Source: Euglena gracilis
Taxonomy: Eukaryota
Length of the DNA: 64,000 nt
Direction: 5' to 3'
Assembly: GCA_039621445.1 (NCBI GenBank)
Contig: CP154954.1
Span: 6,335,425-6,399,424 of the forward strand
Positions 50,401 through 64,000 of this stretch are shown here, one piece after another. The notes under the pieces were generated by a model that saw only the letters and a list, made by a program, of their open reading frames with translations, did no database searches and was not told the DNA's origin. Every line of letters begins with the position of its first letter. Positions within the stretch are counted from its first letter, which is position 1. The translations under genes and the position numbers were made by a program.

Positions 50401-53400
50401 TGGATGGGCACCAGACACGACGCCCAGCCATTGCTTTTGGGTCCAAACGGCGCGCCGCAACCACATCCGCCGGGACACCGCATTCCTGACTTCCTGTGGG
50501 GTTTCCGAGAAATGGAGGGTTCCGCGGTGTGCACGCTGCTATCTCGGCCCCTGCAACGAATGGATGGGCACCAGACACGACGCCCAGCCATTGCTTTTGG
50601 GTCCAAACGGCGCGCCGCAACCACATCCGCCGGGACACCACATTCCTGACTTCCTGTGGGGTTTCCGAGAAATGGAGGGTTCCGCGGTGTGCACGCTGCT
50701 ATCTCGGCCCCTGCAACGAATGGATGGGCACCAGACACGACGCCCAGCCATTGCTTTTGGGTCCAAACGGCGCGCCGCAACCACATCCGCCGGGACACCG
50801 CATTCCTGACTTCCTGTGGGGTTTCCGAGAAATGGAGGGTTCCGCGGTGTGCACGCTGCTATCTCGGCCCCTGCAACGAATGGATGGGCACCAGACACGA
50901 CGCCCAGCCATTGCTTTTGGGTCCAAACGGCGCGCCGCAACCACATCCGCCGGGACACCGCATTCCTGACTTCCTGTGGGGTTTCCGAGAAATGGAGGGT
51001 TCCGCGGTGTGCACGCTGCTATCTCGGCCCCTGCAACGAATGGATGGGCACCAGACACGACGCCCAGCCATTGCTTTTGGGTCCAAACGGCGCGCCGCAA
51101 CCACATCCGCCGGGACACCGCATTCCTGACTTCCTGTGGGGTTTCCGAGAAATGGAGGGTTCCGCGGTGTGCACGCTGCTATCTCGGCCCCTGCAACGAA
51201 TGGATGGGCACCAGACACGACGCCCAGCCATTGCTTTTGGGTCCAAACGGCGCGCCGCAACCACATCCGCCGGGACACCGCATTCCTGACTTCCTGTGGG
51301 GTTTCCGAGAAATGGAGGGTTCCGCGGTGTGCACGCTGCTATCTCGGCCCCTGCAACGAATGGATGGGCACCAGACACGACGCCCAGCCATTGCTTTTGG
51401 GTCCAAACGGCGCGCCGCAACCACATCCGCCGGGACACCGCATTCCTGACTTCCTGTGGGGTTTCCGAGAAATGGAGGGTTCCGCGGTGTGCACGCTGCT
51501 ATCTCGGCCCCTGCAACGAATGGATGGGCACCAGACACGACGCCCAGCCATTGCTTTTGGGTCCAAACGGCGCGCCGCAACCACATCCGCCGGGACACCG
51601 CATTCCTGACTTCCTGTGGGGTTTCCGAGAAATGGAGGGTTCCGCGGTGTGCACGCTGCTATCTCGGCCCCTGCAACGAATGGATGGGCACCAGACACGA
51701 CGCCCAGCCATTGCTTTTGGGTCCAAACGGCGCGCCCGCAACCACATCCGCCGGGACACCGCATTCCTGACTTCCTGTGGGGTTTCCGAGAAATGGAGGG
51801 TTCCGCGGTGTGCACGCTGCTATCTCGGCCCCTGCAACGAATGGATGGGCACCAGACACGACGCCCAGCCATTGCTTTTGGGTCCAAACGGCGCGCCGCA
51901 ACCACATCCGCCGGGACACCGCATTCCTGACTTCCTGTGGGGTTTCCGAGAAATGGAGGGTTCCGCGGTGTGCACGCTGCTATCTCGGCCCCTGCAACGA
52001 ATGGATGGGCACCAGACACGACGCCCAGCCATTGCTTTTGGGTCCAAACGATGCCGGACAAGCACACCCGCTGACTCACCGCATTCCTGACTTCCTGTGG
52101 GGTTTCCGAGAAATGGAGGGTTCCGCGTGTGCCCGCTGCTATCTCGGCCCCTGCAACGAATGGATGGGCACCAGACACGACGCCCAGCCATTGCTTTTGG
52201 GTCCAAACGGCGCGCCGCAACCACATCCGCCGGGACACCGCATTCCTGACTTCCTGTGGGGTTTCCGAGAAATGGAGGGTTCCGCGGTGTGCACGCTGCT
52301 ATCTCGGCCCCTGCAACGAATGGATGGGCACCAGACACGACGCCCAGCCATTGCTTTTGGGTCCAAACGGCGCGCCGCAACCACATCCGCCGGGACACCG
52401 CATTCCTGACTTCCTGTGGGGTTTCCGAGAAATGGAGGGTTCCGCGGTGTGCACGCTGCTATCTCGGCCCCTGCAACGAATGGATGGGCACCAGACACGA
52501 CGCCCAGCCATTGCTTTTGGGTCCAAACGGCGCGCCGCAACCACATCCGCCGGGACACCGCATTCCTGACTTCCTGTGGGGTTTCCGAGAAATGGAGGGT
52601 TCCGCGGTGTGCACGCTGCTATCTCGGCCCCTGCAACGAATGGATGGGCACCAGACACGACGCCCAGCCATTGCTTTTGGGTCCAAACGGCGCGCCGCAA
52701 CCACATCCGCCGGGACACCACATTCCTGACTTCCTGTGGGGTTTCCGAGAAATGGAGGGTTCCGCGGTGTGCACGCTGCTATCTCGGCCCCTGCAACGAA
52801 TGGATGGGCACCAGACACGACGCCCAGCCATTGCTTTTGGGTCCAAACGGCGCGCCGCAACCACATCCGCTGGGACACCGCATTCCTGACTTCCTGTGGG
52901 GTTTCCGAGAAATGGAGGGTTCCGGTGTGCACGCTGCTATCTCGGCCCCTGCAACGAATGGATGGGCACCAGACACGACGCCCAGCCATTGCTTTTGGGT
53001 CCAAACGGCGCGCCGCAACCACATCCGCCGGGACACCGCATTCCTGACTTCCTGTGGGGTTTCCGAGAAATGGAGGGTTCCGCGGTGTGCACGCTGCTAT
53101 CTCGGCCCCTGCAACGAATGGATGGGCACCAGACACGACGCCCAGCCATTGCTTTTGGGTCCAAACGGCGCGCCGCAACCACATCCGCCGGGACACCGCA
53201 TTCCTGACTTCCTGTGGGGTTTCCGAGAAATGGAGGGTTCCGCGGTGTGCACGCTGCTATCTCGGCCCCTGCAACGAATGGATGGGCACCAGACACGACG
53301 CCCAGCCATTGCTTTTGGGTCCAAACGGCGCGCCGCAACCACATCCGCCGGGACACCGCATTCCTGACTTCCTGTGGGGTTTCCGAGAAATGGAGGGTTC

Positions 53401-56400
53401 CGCGGTGTGCACGCTGCTATCTCGGCCCCTGCAACGAATGGATGGGCACCAGACACGACGCCCAGCCATTGCTTTTGGGTCCAAACGGCGCGCCGCAACC
53501 ACATCCGCCGGGACACCGCATTCCTGACTTCCTGTGGGGTTTCCGAGAAATGGAGGGTTCCGCGGTGTGCACGCTGCTATCTCGGCCCCTGCAACGAATG
53601 GATGGGCACCAGACACGACGCCCAGCCATTGCTTTTGGGTCCAAACGGCGCGCCGCAACCACATCCGCCGGGACACCGCATTCCTGACTTCCTGTGGGGT
53701 TTCCGAGAAATGGAGGGTTCCGCGGTGTGCACGCTGCTATCTCGGCCCCTGCAACGAATGGATGGGCACCAGACACGACGCCCAGCCATTGCTTTTGGGT
53801 CCAAACGGCGCGCCGCAACCACATCCGCCGGGACACCGCATTCCTGACTTCCTGTGGGGTTTCCGAGAAATGGAGGGTTCCGCGGTGTGCACGCTGCTAT
53901 CTCGGCCCCTGCAACGAATGGATGGGCACCAGACACGACGCCCAGCCATTGCTTTTGGGTCCAAACGGCGCGCCGCAACCACATCCGCCGGGACACCGCA
54001 TTCCTGACTTCCTGTGGGGTTTCCGAGAAATGGAGGGTTCCGCGGTGTGCACGCTGCTATCTCGGCCCCTGCAACGAATGGATGGGCACCAGACACGACG
54101 CCCAGTCATTGTTTTTGTGCCCAAACCGCCGAGAGCTACCACATCCGCCGGGACACCGCATTCCTGACTTCCTGTGGGGTTTCCGAGAAATGGAGGGTTC
54201 CGCGGTGTGCACGCTGCTATCTCGGCCCCTGCAACGAATGGATGGGCACCAGACACGACGCCCAGCCATTGCTTTTGGGTCCAAACGGCGCGCCGCAACC
54301 ACATCCGCCGGGACACCGCATTCCTGACTTCCTGTGGGGTTTCCGAGAAATGGAGGGTTCCGCGGTGTGCACGCTGCTATCTCGGCCCCTGCAACGAATG
54401 GATGGGCACCAGACACGACGCCCAGCCATTGCTTTTGGGTCCAAACGGCGCGCCGCAACCACATCCGCTGGGACACCGCATTCCTGACTTCCTGTGGGGT
54501 TTCCGAGAAATGGAGGGTTCCGGTGTGCACGCTGCTATCTCGGCCCCTGCAACGAATGGATGGGCACCAGACACGACGCCCAGCCATTGCTTTTGGGTCC
54601 AAACGGCGCGCCGCAACCACATCCGCCGGGACACCGCATTCCTGACTTCCTGTGGGGTTTCCGAGAAATGGAGGGTTCCGCGGTGTGCACGCTGCTATCT
54701 CGGCCCCTGCAACGAATGGATGGGCACCAGACACGACGCCCAGCCATTGCTTTTGGGTCCAAACGGCGCGCCGCAACCACATCCGCGGGGACACCGCATT
54801 CCTGACTTCCTGTGGGGTTTCCGAGAAATGGAGGGTTCCGCGGTGTGCACGCTGCTATCTCGGCCCCTGCAACGAATGGATGGGCACCAGACACGACGCC
54901 CAGCCATTGCTTTTGGGTCCAAACGGCGCGCCGCAACCACATCCGCCGGGACACCGCATTCCTGACTTCCTGTGGGGTTTCCGAGAAATGGAGGGTTCCG
55001 CGGTGTGCACGCTGCTATCTCGGCCCCTGCAACGAATGGATGGGCACCAGACACGACGCCCAGCCATTGCTTTTGGGTCCAAACGGCGCGCCGCAACCAC
55101 ATCCGCCGGGACACCGCATTCCTGACTTCCCGTGGGGTTTCCGAGAAATGGAGGGTTCCGCGGTGTGCACGCTGCTATCTCGGCCCCTGCAACGAATGGA
55201 TGGGCACCAGACACGACGCCCAGCCATTGCTTTTGGGTCCAAACGGCGCGCCGCAACCACATCCGCCGGGACACCGCATTCCTGACTTCCTGTGGGGTTT
55301 CCGAGAAATGGAGGGTTCCGCGGTGTGCACGCTGCTATCTCGGCCCCTGCAACGAATGGATGGGCACCAGACACGACGCCCAGCCATTGCTTTTGGGTCC
55401 AAACGGCGCGCCGCAACCACATCCGCCGGGACACCGCATTCCTGACTTCCCGTGGGGTTTCCGAGAAATGGAGGGTTCCGCGGTGTGCACGCTGCTATCT
55501 CGGCCCCTGCAACGAATGGATGGGCACCAGACACGACGCCCAGCCATTGCTTTTGGGTCCAAACGGCGCGCCGCAACCACATCCGCCGGGACACCACATT
55601 CCTGACTTCCTGTGGGGTTTCCGAGAAATGGAGGGTTCCGCGGTGTGCACGCTGCTATCTCGGCCCCTGCAACGAATGGATGGGCACCAGACACGACGCC
55701 CAGATTGCTTTTGGGTCCAAACGGCACGCCGCAACCACATCCGCTGGGACACCGCATTCCTGACTTCCTGTGGGGTTTCCGAGAAATGGAGGGTTCCGCG
55801 GTGTGCACGCTGCTATCTCGGCCCCTGCAACGAATGGATGGGCACCAGACACGACGCCCAGCCATTGCTTTTGGGTCCAAACGGCGCGCCGCAACCACAT
55901 CCGCCGGGACACCGCATTCCTGACTTCCTGTGGGGTTTCCGAGAAATGGAGGGTTCCGCGGTGTGCACGCTGCTATCTCGGCCCCTGCAACGAATGGATG
56001 GGCACCAGACACGACGCCCAGCCATTGCTTTTGGGTCCAAACGGCGCGCCGCAACCACATCCGCCGGGACACCACATTCCTGACTTCCTGTGGGGTTTCC
56101 GAGAAATGGAGGGTTCCGCGGTGTGCACGCTGCTATCTCGGCCCCTGCAACGAATGGATGGGCACCAGACACGACGCCCAGCCATTGCTTTTGGGTCCAA
56201 ACGGCGCGCCGCAACCACATCCGCTGGGACACCGCATTCCTGACTTCCTGTGGGGTTTTCCGAGAAAAATGGAGGGTTCCGCGGTGTGCACGCTGCTATC
56301 TCGGCCCCTGCAACGAATGGATGGGCACCAGACACGACGCCCAGCCATTGCTTTTGGGTCCAAACGGCGCGCCGCAACCACATCCGCCGGGACACCGCAT

Positions 56401-59400
56401 TCCTGACTTCCTGTGGGGTTTCCGAGAAATGGAGGGTTCCGCGGTGTGCACGCTGCTATCTCGGCCCCTGCAACGAATGGATGGGCACCAGACACGACGC
56501 CCAGCCATTGCTTTTGGGTCCAAACGGCGCGCCGCAACCACATCCGCCGGGACACCGCATTCCTGACTTCCTGTGGGGTTTCCGAGAAATGGAGGGTTCC
56601 GCGGTGTGCACGCTGCTATCTCGGCCCCTGCAACGAATGGATGGGCACCAGACACGACGCCCAGCCATTGCTTTTGGGTCCAAACGGCGCGCCGCAACCA
56701 CATCCGCCGGGACACCGCATTCCTGACTTCCTGTGGGGTTTCCGAGAAATGGAGGGTTCCGCGGTGTGCACGCTGCTATCTCGGCCCCTGCAACGAATGG
56801 ATGGGCACCAGACACGACGCCCAGCCATTGCTTTTGGGTCCAAACGGCGCGCCGCAACCACATCCGATGGGACATCGCATTCCTGACTTCCTGTGGGGTT
56901 TCCGAGAAATGGAGGGTTCCGCGGTGTGCACGCTGCTATCTCGGCCCCTGCAACGAATGGATGGGCACCAGACACGACGCCCAGCCATTGCTTTTGGGTC
57001 CAAACGGCGCGCCGCAACCACATCCGCCGGGACACCGCATTCCTGACTTCCTGTGGGGTTTCCGAGAAATGGAGGGTTCCGCGGTGTGCACGCTGCTATC
57101 TCGGCCCCTGCAACGAATGGATGGGCACCAGACACGACGCCCAGCCATTGCTTTTGGGTCCAAACGGCGCGCCGCAACCACATCCGCTGGGACACCGCAT
57201 TCCTGACTTCCTGTGGGGTTTCCGAGAAATGGAGGGTTCCGCGGTGTGCACGCTGCTATCTCGGCCCCTGCAACGAATGGATGGGCACCAGACACGACGC
57301 CCAGCCATTGCTTTTGGGTCCAAACGGCGCGCCGCAACCACATCCGATGGGACATCGCATTCCTGACTTCCTGTGGGGTTTCCGAGAAATGGAGGGTTCC
57401 GCGGTGTGCACGCTGCTATCTCGGCCCCTGCAACGAATGGATGGGCACCAGACACGACGCCCAGCCATTGCTTTTGGGTCCAAACGGCGCGCCGCAACCA
57501 CATCCGCCGGGACACCGCATTCCTGACTTCCTGTGGGGTTTCCGAGAAATGGAGGGTTCCGCGGTGTGCACGCTGCTATCTCGGCCCCTGCAACGAATGG
57601 ATGGGCACCAGACACGACGCCCAGCCATTGCTTTTGGGTCCAAACGGCGCGCAGCAACCACATCCTCTGGGACACCGCATTCCTGACTTCCCGTGGGGTT
57701 TCCGAGAAATGGAGGGTTCCGCGGTGTGCACGCTGCTACCTCGGCCCCTGCAACGAATGGATGGGCACCAGACACAACGCCCAGCCACTGCTTTTGGGTC
57801 CAAACGGCGCGCCGCAACCACATCCGCCGGGACACTGACCCGCTAAGGGGTTTCCCTGCCGGATCCTGAATCTGCCGTCGACGCCCACGCAAACGAAGGG
57901 ATGGCCCGCGGTCGTCCCGCCCTTCCCCACATCCGCCACGACACCGATGCTGCTTTTTGGGTCCAAGATAGGGTGCAATTGCCATTTCCTGACTTCCTCA
58001 CCGCTGACTGGCAGATTGAAATTCCCGAGAAATGGAGGGTGCTCCGTTTGGTGCATCGCTAACCGGCGTATCTTGGCCCCCTGCAACGAATGGTGGGCAC
58101 CAGACACGACGCCCAGCCATTGCTTTTGGGTCCAAGCGCGGCGCAACCAACAAACACGCATTCCTGACTTCCTGTGGGGTTTCCGAGAAATGGAGGGTTT
58201 CCGCTGTGTGCACGCTGCTATCTCGGCCCCTGCAACGAATGGATGGGCACCAGACACGACGCCCAGCCATTGCTTTTGGGTCCAAACGGCGCGCCGCAAC
58301 CACATCCGCCGGGACACCGCATTCCTGACTTCCTGTGGGGTTTCCGAGAAGTGGAGGGTTCCGCGGTGTGCACGCTGCTATCTCGGCCCCTGCAACGAAT
58401 GGATGGGCACCAGAAACGACCCCCAGCCATTGGTTTTGGGTCCAAACGGCTCGCCGCAACCACATCCGCTGGGACATCGCATTCCTGAATTCCTGTGGGG
58501 TTTCCGAGAAATGGAGGGTTCCGCGGTGTGCACGCTGCTATCTCGGCCCCTGCAACGAATGGATGGGCACCAGACACGACGCCCAGCCACTGCTTTTGGG
58601 TCCAAACGGCGCGCCGCAACCACATCCGCCGGGACACCGCATTCCTGACGTTTTGTGTGGTGGGTTTTCCGAGAATGTTCCCCCCCCTCCCTGCGGGGTG
58701 CACGCTGCCTATGGGCACCCCGAATGGTGCTGGATGCACCAGACGTCGCGCCGCGGCGCGCCGCACACATCCCTGGGACACCGCATTTCCATCCTCCCGG
58801 GGGTCCCGCATTCCTGAGGGTTCCCGGGTGTGCACGCTGCGCTATCGCTCGTCTCCGCCCCTGCAAACGAATGGATGGGCACCAGACACGACGCCCAGCC
58901 ATTGCTTTTGGGTCCAAACGGCGCGCCGCAACCACATCCGCCGGACAACTCCTGACTTCCTGTGGGGTTTCCGAGAAATGGAGGGTTCCGCGGTGTGCAC
59001 GCTTCTATCTCGGCCCCTGCAACACATGGATGTGCACCAGACACGACGCCCAGCCATTGCTTTTGGGTCCAAACGGCGCGCCGCAACCACATCCGCCGGG
59101 ACACAGCATTCCTGACTTCCTGTGGGGTTTCCGAGAAGTGGAGGGGTCCGGGGTGTGCACGCTGCTATCTCGGCCCCTGCAACGAATGGATGGGCACCAG
59201 ACAGGACGCCCAGCCACTGCTTTTGGGTCCAAACGGTGCGCCCCAACCACATCCGCCGGGGAGAGGTTCCCGGTGTGCACGCTGCTTCTAGGCCCTGAAA
59301 CGAATGGATGGGCACCAGACACGAACGCCAGCCATGCACGCATATCGTGGGGTTTTCCGAGCATTGGAGGTTTCGAGGGGACACCTGCCTGCTATCTCGT

Positions 59401-60210
59401 GCCCCTACAAAAAACGCTGTGACACGCACCAGACACGACGCCCAGCCAACTGCTTGGGCACAGACACGACTCCGCTGCATCCACAATCCCCCCCGCGGTT
59501 GCTGCAAAACCGCATAATCTCGTCGGGACACAGTTCTGTGAAGTGCATTCCGAGCAAGTGGTGCAGGGGCGTTCCGCGGTGTGCACGCTCTACCCCATAT
59601 CTCCGCTAACGGCGGACGCCCTGCAACAAAGGGATAGGTGGATACCGGGCAGCATCCCAGACACGAGACGCCCAGCCACATGCTTTTGGGTCAAACACTG
59701 CGTCGCCGCAAACCTTAACCCACATCCAAGGCGTCGCTGCCAATACGCACATCAGCCGGTCACACACCGCATTCTGTGGGGTTTCCGAGAAGTGGAGGGT
59801 TTCCGCGGGTGTGCACGCTGCTAAGCCATGCCCATCGGTCCCCTGCAAAGACTGGATATGGCACCCAGGACACGAACGCCCAGCCCACTGCTTTTTGCTT
59901 TTGGGGGGTCCAAACGGCTCGCCGCAACCACATCCGCCGGGACACCGCATTCTGACTTCCTGTGGGGTTTCCGAGAAGTGGAGGGTTCCGCGGTGTGCAC
60001 GCTGCTATCTCGGCCCCTGCAACGAATGGATGGGCACCAGACACGACGCCCAGCCATTGCTTTTGGGTCCAAACGGCGCGCCGCAACCACGCCGGGACAC
60101 CGCATTCCTGACTTCCTGTGGGGTTTCCGAGAAGTGGAGGGTTCCGCGGTCTGCACGCTGCTATCTCGGCCCCTGCAACGACTGGATGGGCACCAGACAC
60201 CACGCCCAGC
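47455..60210. repeat. 160-bp satellite array 1 (~65 near-identical copies to ~57835, then degenerate)
   Basis: Unit cctgacttcctgtggggtttccgagaaatggagggttcc...gggacaccgcatt at 160-bp period. Confidence 0.99.
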
Positions 60211-60561
60211 CACACTTGAGGGTTCATATAAACCGCAAAATATGGTAGTTATGGTAGGTAGGGGGTAACAATAGTTAGGTTATGTATAAAATAGGGTATG
60301 ATGGGGCGGGGCCCTCAAAAAATTTTGTCTAATCACCTCAACACCAGTCAACCCACCCTAATGGCTCCAGAACCCCCCAATCGGGGGTGAATATGCAAAA
60401 ACACGAGGGGAAAATGTCCATTTTGGGCCACTTTTGGCAAAAAAAGTCGACCTAGGGCAAAAGAATTTGCTGATGGCGTTTTCCTGTGTCCAAAAAGAGT
60501 TATTTCAAGGAGTAGGGTTAGGGTTACGATTCTTATCCAAACAGCAGAACATTTCCCGCTC

Positions 60562-60745
60562 AACGTGTTAGATTGGTCTCTACAAGGTACCTTCGAACCA
60601 AAGAGCGCCCAACTAGGGTTAAAAACATGGGGGGACCCGAGCGAGGCGCCAAAGGCGCCGAGCGAGGGTCCCCCCATGTGTATTAACCCTAGTTGGGCGG
60701 CTCTTTGGGGTAGCTGGTACCTTGTAGGGGCCAATTTATCACGTT
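60562..60745. repeat. ~185-bp foldback palindrome (MITE-like)
   Basis: Nested complementary arms ctacaaggtacc/ggtaccttgtag, cgcccaactagggttaa/ttaaccctagttgggcg and catggggggacc/ggtccccccatg around a central ggcgccaaaggcgcc. Confidence 0.85.
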
Positions 60746-60964
60746 TCCGAACAGCCGGCTGTAGTCCTCAAAAGCCGGGACTTAAAAGGTCACAAAGGGG
60801 GGGATTGCGAGAAAATGATGGTTGGCCCGACCGTGGTAGGGGGTAGGGGGGGTAGTGGGGGGTAGGGGAGGGCAAAGGGGGGGGTAGGGGGGGGGCAAGG
60901 GGGGGTTAGGGGGGGGTAGGGGGGGGTAGGGGGGGCAGGGGTCCCGGGTTTGTGCCATGCCTCA

Positions 60965-63900
60965 CGCCCAGCCATTGCTTTTGGGTCCAAACGGCGCGCC
61001 GCAACCTGGGACACCGCACTCCTGACTTCCTGTGGGGTTTCCGAGAAGTGGAGGGTTCCGCGGTGTGCACGCTGCTATCTCGGCCCCTGCAACGAATGGA
61101 TGGGCACCAGACACGACGCCCAGCCACTGCTTTTGGGTCCAAACGGCGCGCCGCAACCACATCCGCCGGGACACCGCATTCTGGAGAATATGCTGCCCCA
61201 GAGAATGCTAACCCCAACCCCCTCCAACTGCGCCCCAAAGTAGAATTGAACTGCTGCTTGTCCTCGCGGCCACTCCCGCTGACCACCCTTGCTGCTGATC
61301 CTGAATCTGGGCTTCTGCGACCCAAAATAACCCCCAGCGGGCCCGCCACCTTCCCCTCTGTCCCCACCGGTGGCCAAACTATTAATAACAAACACTGGTG
61401 TTGGCAGAATTGCCATGGCATCGTATCGAATGAGAATGAGCTGCAGATTGAAGTGCATTGGCAAGCTGCGTGCAAGGGGCGTGCTCAAAAATCGGTTTGG
61501 TGCAAATATTTTCCCACCCCATAACCGGCGTAACGCTTGTCGCACAAACTGCAAAGCGGGGGGGGGGAGCAGGCAGGATAGGTGTGGAGGTCTTCCACCG
61601 GCAGCACACAACAACAAACATTCTGCCCCCCCCCCCCCCCCCCCCTTGGACCCCACACCCCCCCGCACCCCCAAACCCTTTCCCCCCGGTGGGGGCGATC
61701 GCCTCCGCCCCATACGCACCACGCGCCAGCCGACCCTGACTTCCTGTGGGGTTTCTGTGAAGTGGAGGGTTCCGCGGTGTGCACGCTGCTATCTCGGCCC
61801 CTGCAACGAATGGATGGGCACCAGACACGACGCCCAGCCATTGCTTTTGGGTCCAAACGGCGCGCCGCAACCACATCCGCTGGGACACCGCATTCCTGAC
61901 TTCCTGTGGGGTTTCCGAGAAGTGGAGGGTTCCGCGGTGTGCACGCTGCTATCTCGGCCCCTGCAACGAATGGATGGGCACCAGACACGACGCCCAGCCA
62001 TTGCTTTTGGGTCCAAACGGCGCGCCGCAACCACATCCGCCGGGACACCGCATTCCTGACTTCCTGTGGGGTTTCCGAGAAGTGGAGGGTTCCGCGGTGT
62101 GCACGCTGCTATCTCGGCCCCTGCAACGAATGGATGGGCACCAGACACGACGCCCAGCCATTGCTTTTGGGTCCAAACGGCGCGCCGCAACCACATCCGC
62201 TGGGACACCGCATTCCTGACTTCCTGTGGGGTTTCCGAGAAGTGGAGGGTTCCGCGGTGTGCACGCTGCTATCTCGGCCCCTGCAACGAATGGATGGGCA
62301 CCAGACACGACGCCCAGCCATTGCTTTTGGGTCCAAACGGCGCGCCGCAACCACATCCGCCGGGACACCGCATTCCTGACTTCCTGTGGGGTTTCCGAGA
62401 AGTGGAGGGTTCCGCGGTGTGCACGCTGCTATCTCGGCCCCTGCAACGAATGGATGGGCACCAGACACGACGCCCAGCCATTGCTTTTGGGTCCAAACGG
62501 CGCGCCGCAACCACATCCGCTGGGACACCGCATTCCTGACTTCATGTGGGGTTTCCGAGAAGTGGAGGGTTCCGCGGTGTGCACGCTGCTATCTCGGCCC
62601 CTGCAACGAATGGATGGGCACCAGACACGACGCCCAGCCATTGCTTTTGGGTCCAAACGGCGCGCCGCAACCACATCCGCTGGGACACCGCATTCCTGAC
62701 TTCCTGTGGGGTTTCCGAGAAGTGGAGGGTTCCGCGGTGTGCACGCTGCTATCTCGGCCCCTGCAACGAATGGATGGGCACCAGACACGACGCCCAGCCA
62801 TTGCTTTTGGGTCCAAACGGCGCGCCGCAACCACATCCGCTGGGACACCGCATTCCTGACTTCCTGTGGGGTTTCCGAGAAGTGGAGGGTTCCGCGGTGT
62901 GCACGCTGCTATCTCGGCCCCTGCAACGAATGGATGGGCACCAGACACGACGCCCAGCCATTGCTTTTGGGTCCAAACGGCGCGCCGCAACCACATCCGC
63001 TGGGACACCGCATTCCTGACTTCCTGTGGGGTTTCCGAGAAGTGGAGGGTTCCGCGGTGTGCACGCTGCTATCTCGGCCCCTGCAACGAATGGATGGGCA
63101 CCAGACACGACGCCCAGCCACTGCTTTTGGGTCCAAACGGCGCGCCGCAACCACATCCGCCGGGACACCGCATTCTGGAGAATATGCTGCCCCAGAGAAT
63201 GCTAACCCCAACCCCCTCCAACTGCGCCCCAAAGTAGAATTGAATTGCTGCTTGTCCTCGCGGCCACTCCCGCTGACCACCCTTGCTGCTGATCCTGAAT
63301 CTGGGCTTCTGCGACCCAAAATAACCCCCAGCGGGCCCGCCACCTTCCCCTCTGTCCCCACCGGTGGCCAAACTATTAATAACAAACACTGGTGTTGGCA
63401 GAATTGCCATGGCATCGTCGTCGGGAATGAGCTGCAGATTGAAGTGCATTGGCAAGCTGCGTGCAAGGGGCGTGCTCAAAAATCGGTTTGGTGCAAGTAT
63501 TTTCCCACCCCCATAACCGGCGTAACTCTTGTCGCACAAACTGCAAAGCGGGGGGGGGGGAAGCAGGCAGGATAGGTGTGGAGCTCTTCCACCGGCAGCA
63601 CACAACAACAAACATTCTGCCCCCCCCCTCCCCCCTGTCCCCCCTGGAACCCAACACCCCACTGCACCCCAAACCCTTTGCCCGCGGGTGGCGGCGATCG
63701 CCTCCGCCAAATACGCACCACGCGCCACGCCGACCCTGACTTCCTGTGGGGTTTCTGTGAAGTGGAGGGTTCCGCGGTGTGCACGCTGCTATCTCGGCCC
63801 CTGCAACGAATGGATGGGCACCAGACACGACGCCCAGCCATTGCTTTTGGGTCCAAACGGTGCGCCGCAACCACATCCGCTGGGACACCGCATTCCTGAC

Positions 63901-64000
63901 TTCCTGTGGGGTTTCCGAGAAATGGAGGGTTCCGCGGTGTGCACGCTGCTATCTCGGCCCCTGCAACGAATGGATGGGCACCAGACACGACGCCCAGCCA
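60965..64000. repeat. 160-bp satellite blocks alternating with ~560-bp spacer copies (61181-61734, 63175-63733)
   Basis: Spacer copies are nearly identical to each other and to 47068-47454; nine monomers lie between them. Confidence 0.95.

Noticed and set aside
57840-60210. Highly diverged satellite monomers as an old evolutionary layer
   Set aside because: Patchy indel-rich scrambling next to near-perfect copies looks more like low-coverage long-read consensus error; this cannot be resolved without reads.
60510-60530. Telomere or interstitial telomeric array
   Set aside because: Only about two TTAGGG units are present.
47455-64000. Numerous 85-290 aa ORFs, and a possible CRISPR array or tandem RNA gene (5S, SL RNA) interpretation
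   Set aside because: The ORFs are by-products of a 160-bp period that is not a multiple of 3. There are no unique spacers or cas genes, and I recognise no 5S or spliced-leader sequence in the monomer.

Overview
Repeat-rich eukaryotic genomic DNA, most likely from a euglenid (inferred from one stem-paired non-GT-AG intron and GTGT donor sites). About 1-26 kb is a nest of decayed retroelements. (1) A minus-strand Ty3/Gypsy chromodomain element has the order Gag, C5-cytosine methyltransferase, Dam-like N6-adenine methyltransferase, protease, RT, RNase H, integrase, chromodomain, so two DNA methyltransferases of different chemistry sit in tandem inside the polyprotein. (2) A DIRS-type tyrosine recombinase remnant is split at its HSTR motif by a ~1-kb non-autonomous LTR element (TRIM) whose LTRs each carry a tRNA-Val-derived Pol III promoter, resembling Cassandra but with tRNA instead of 5S. 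(3) A second, truncated plus-strand Ty3/Gypsy element carries a Dam-like methyltransferase remnant between protease and RT. About 27.5-46 kb holds the last seven coding exons of IFT52 on the minus strand, with large repeat-filled introns including a 217-bp array. About 47-64 kb is a 160-bp satellite with interspersed ~560-bp spacers, probably inside an IFT52 intron. All domain calls come from manual translation and motif recognition; no database searches were run.
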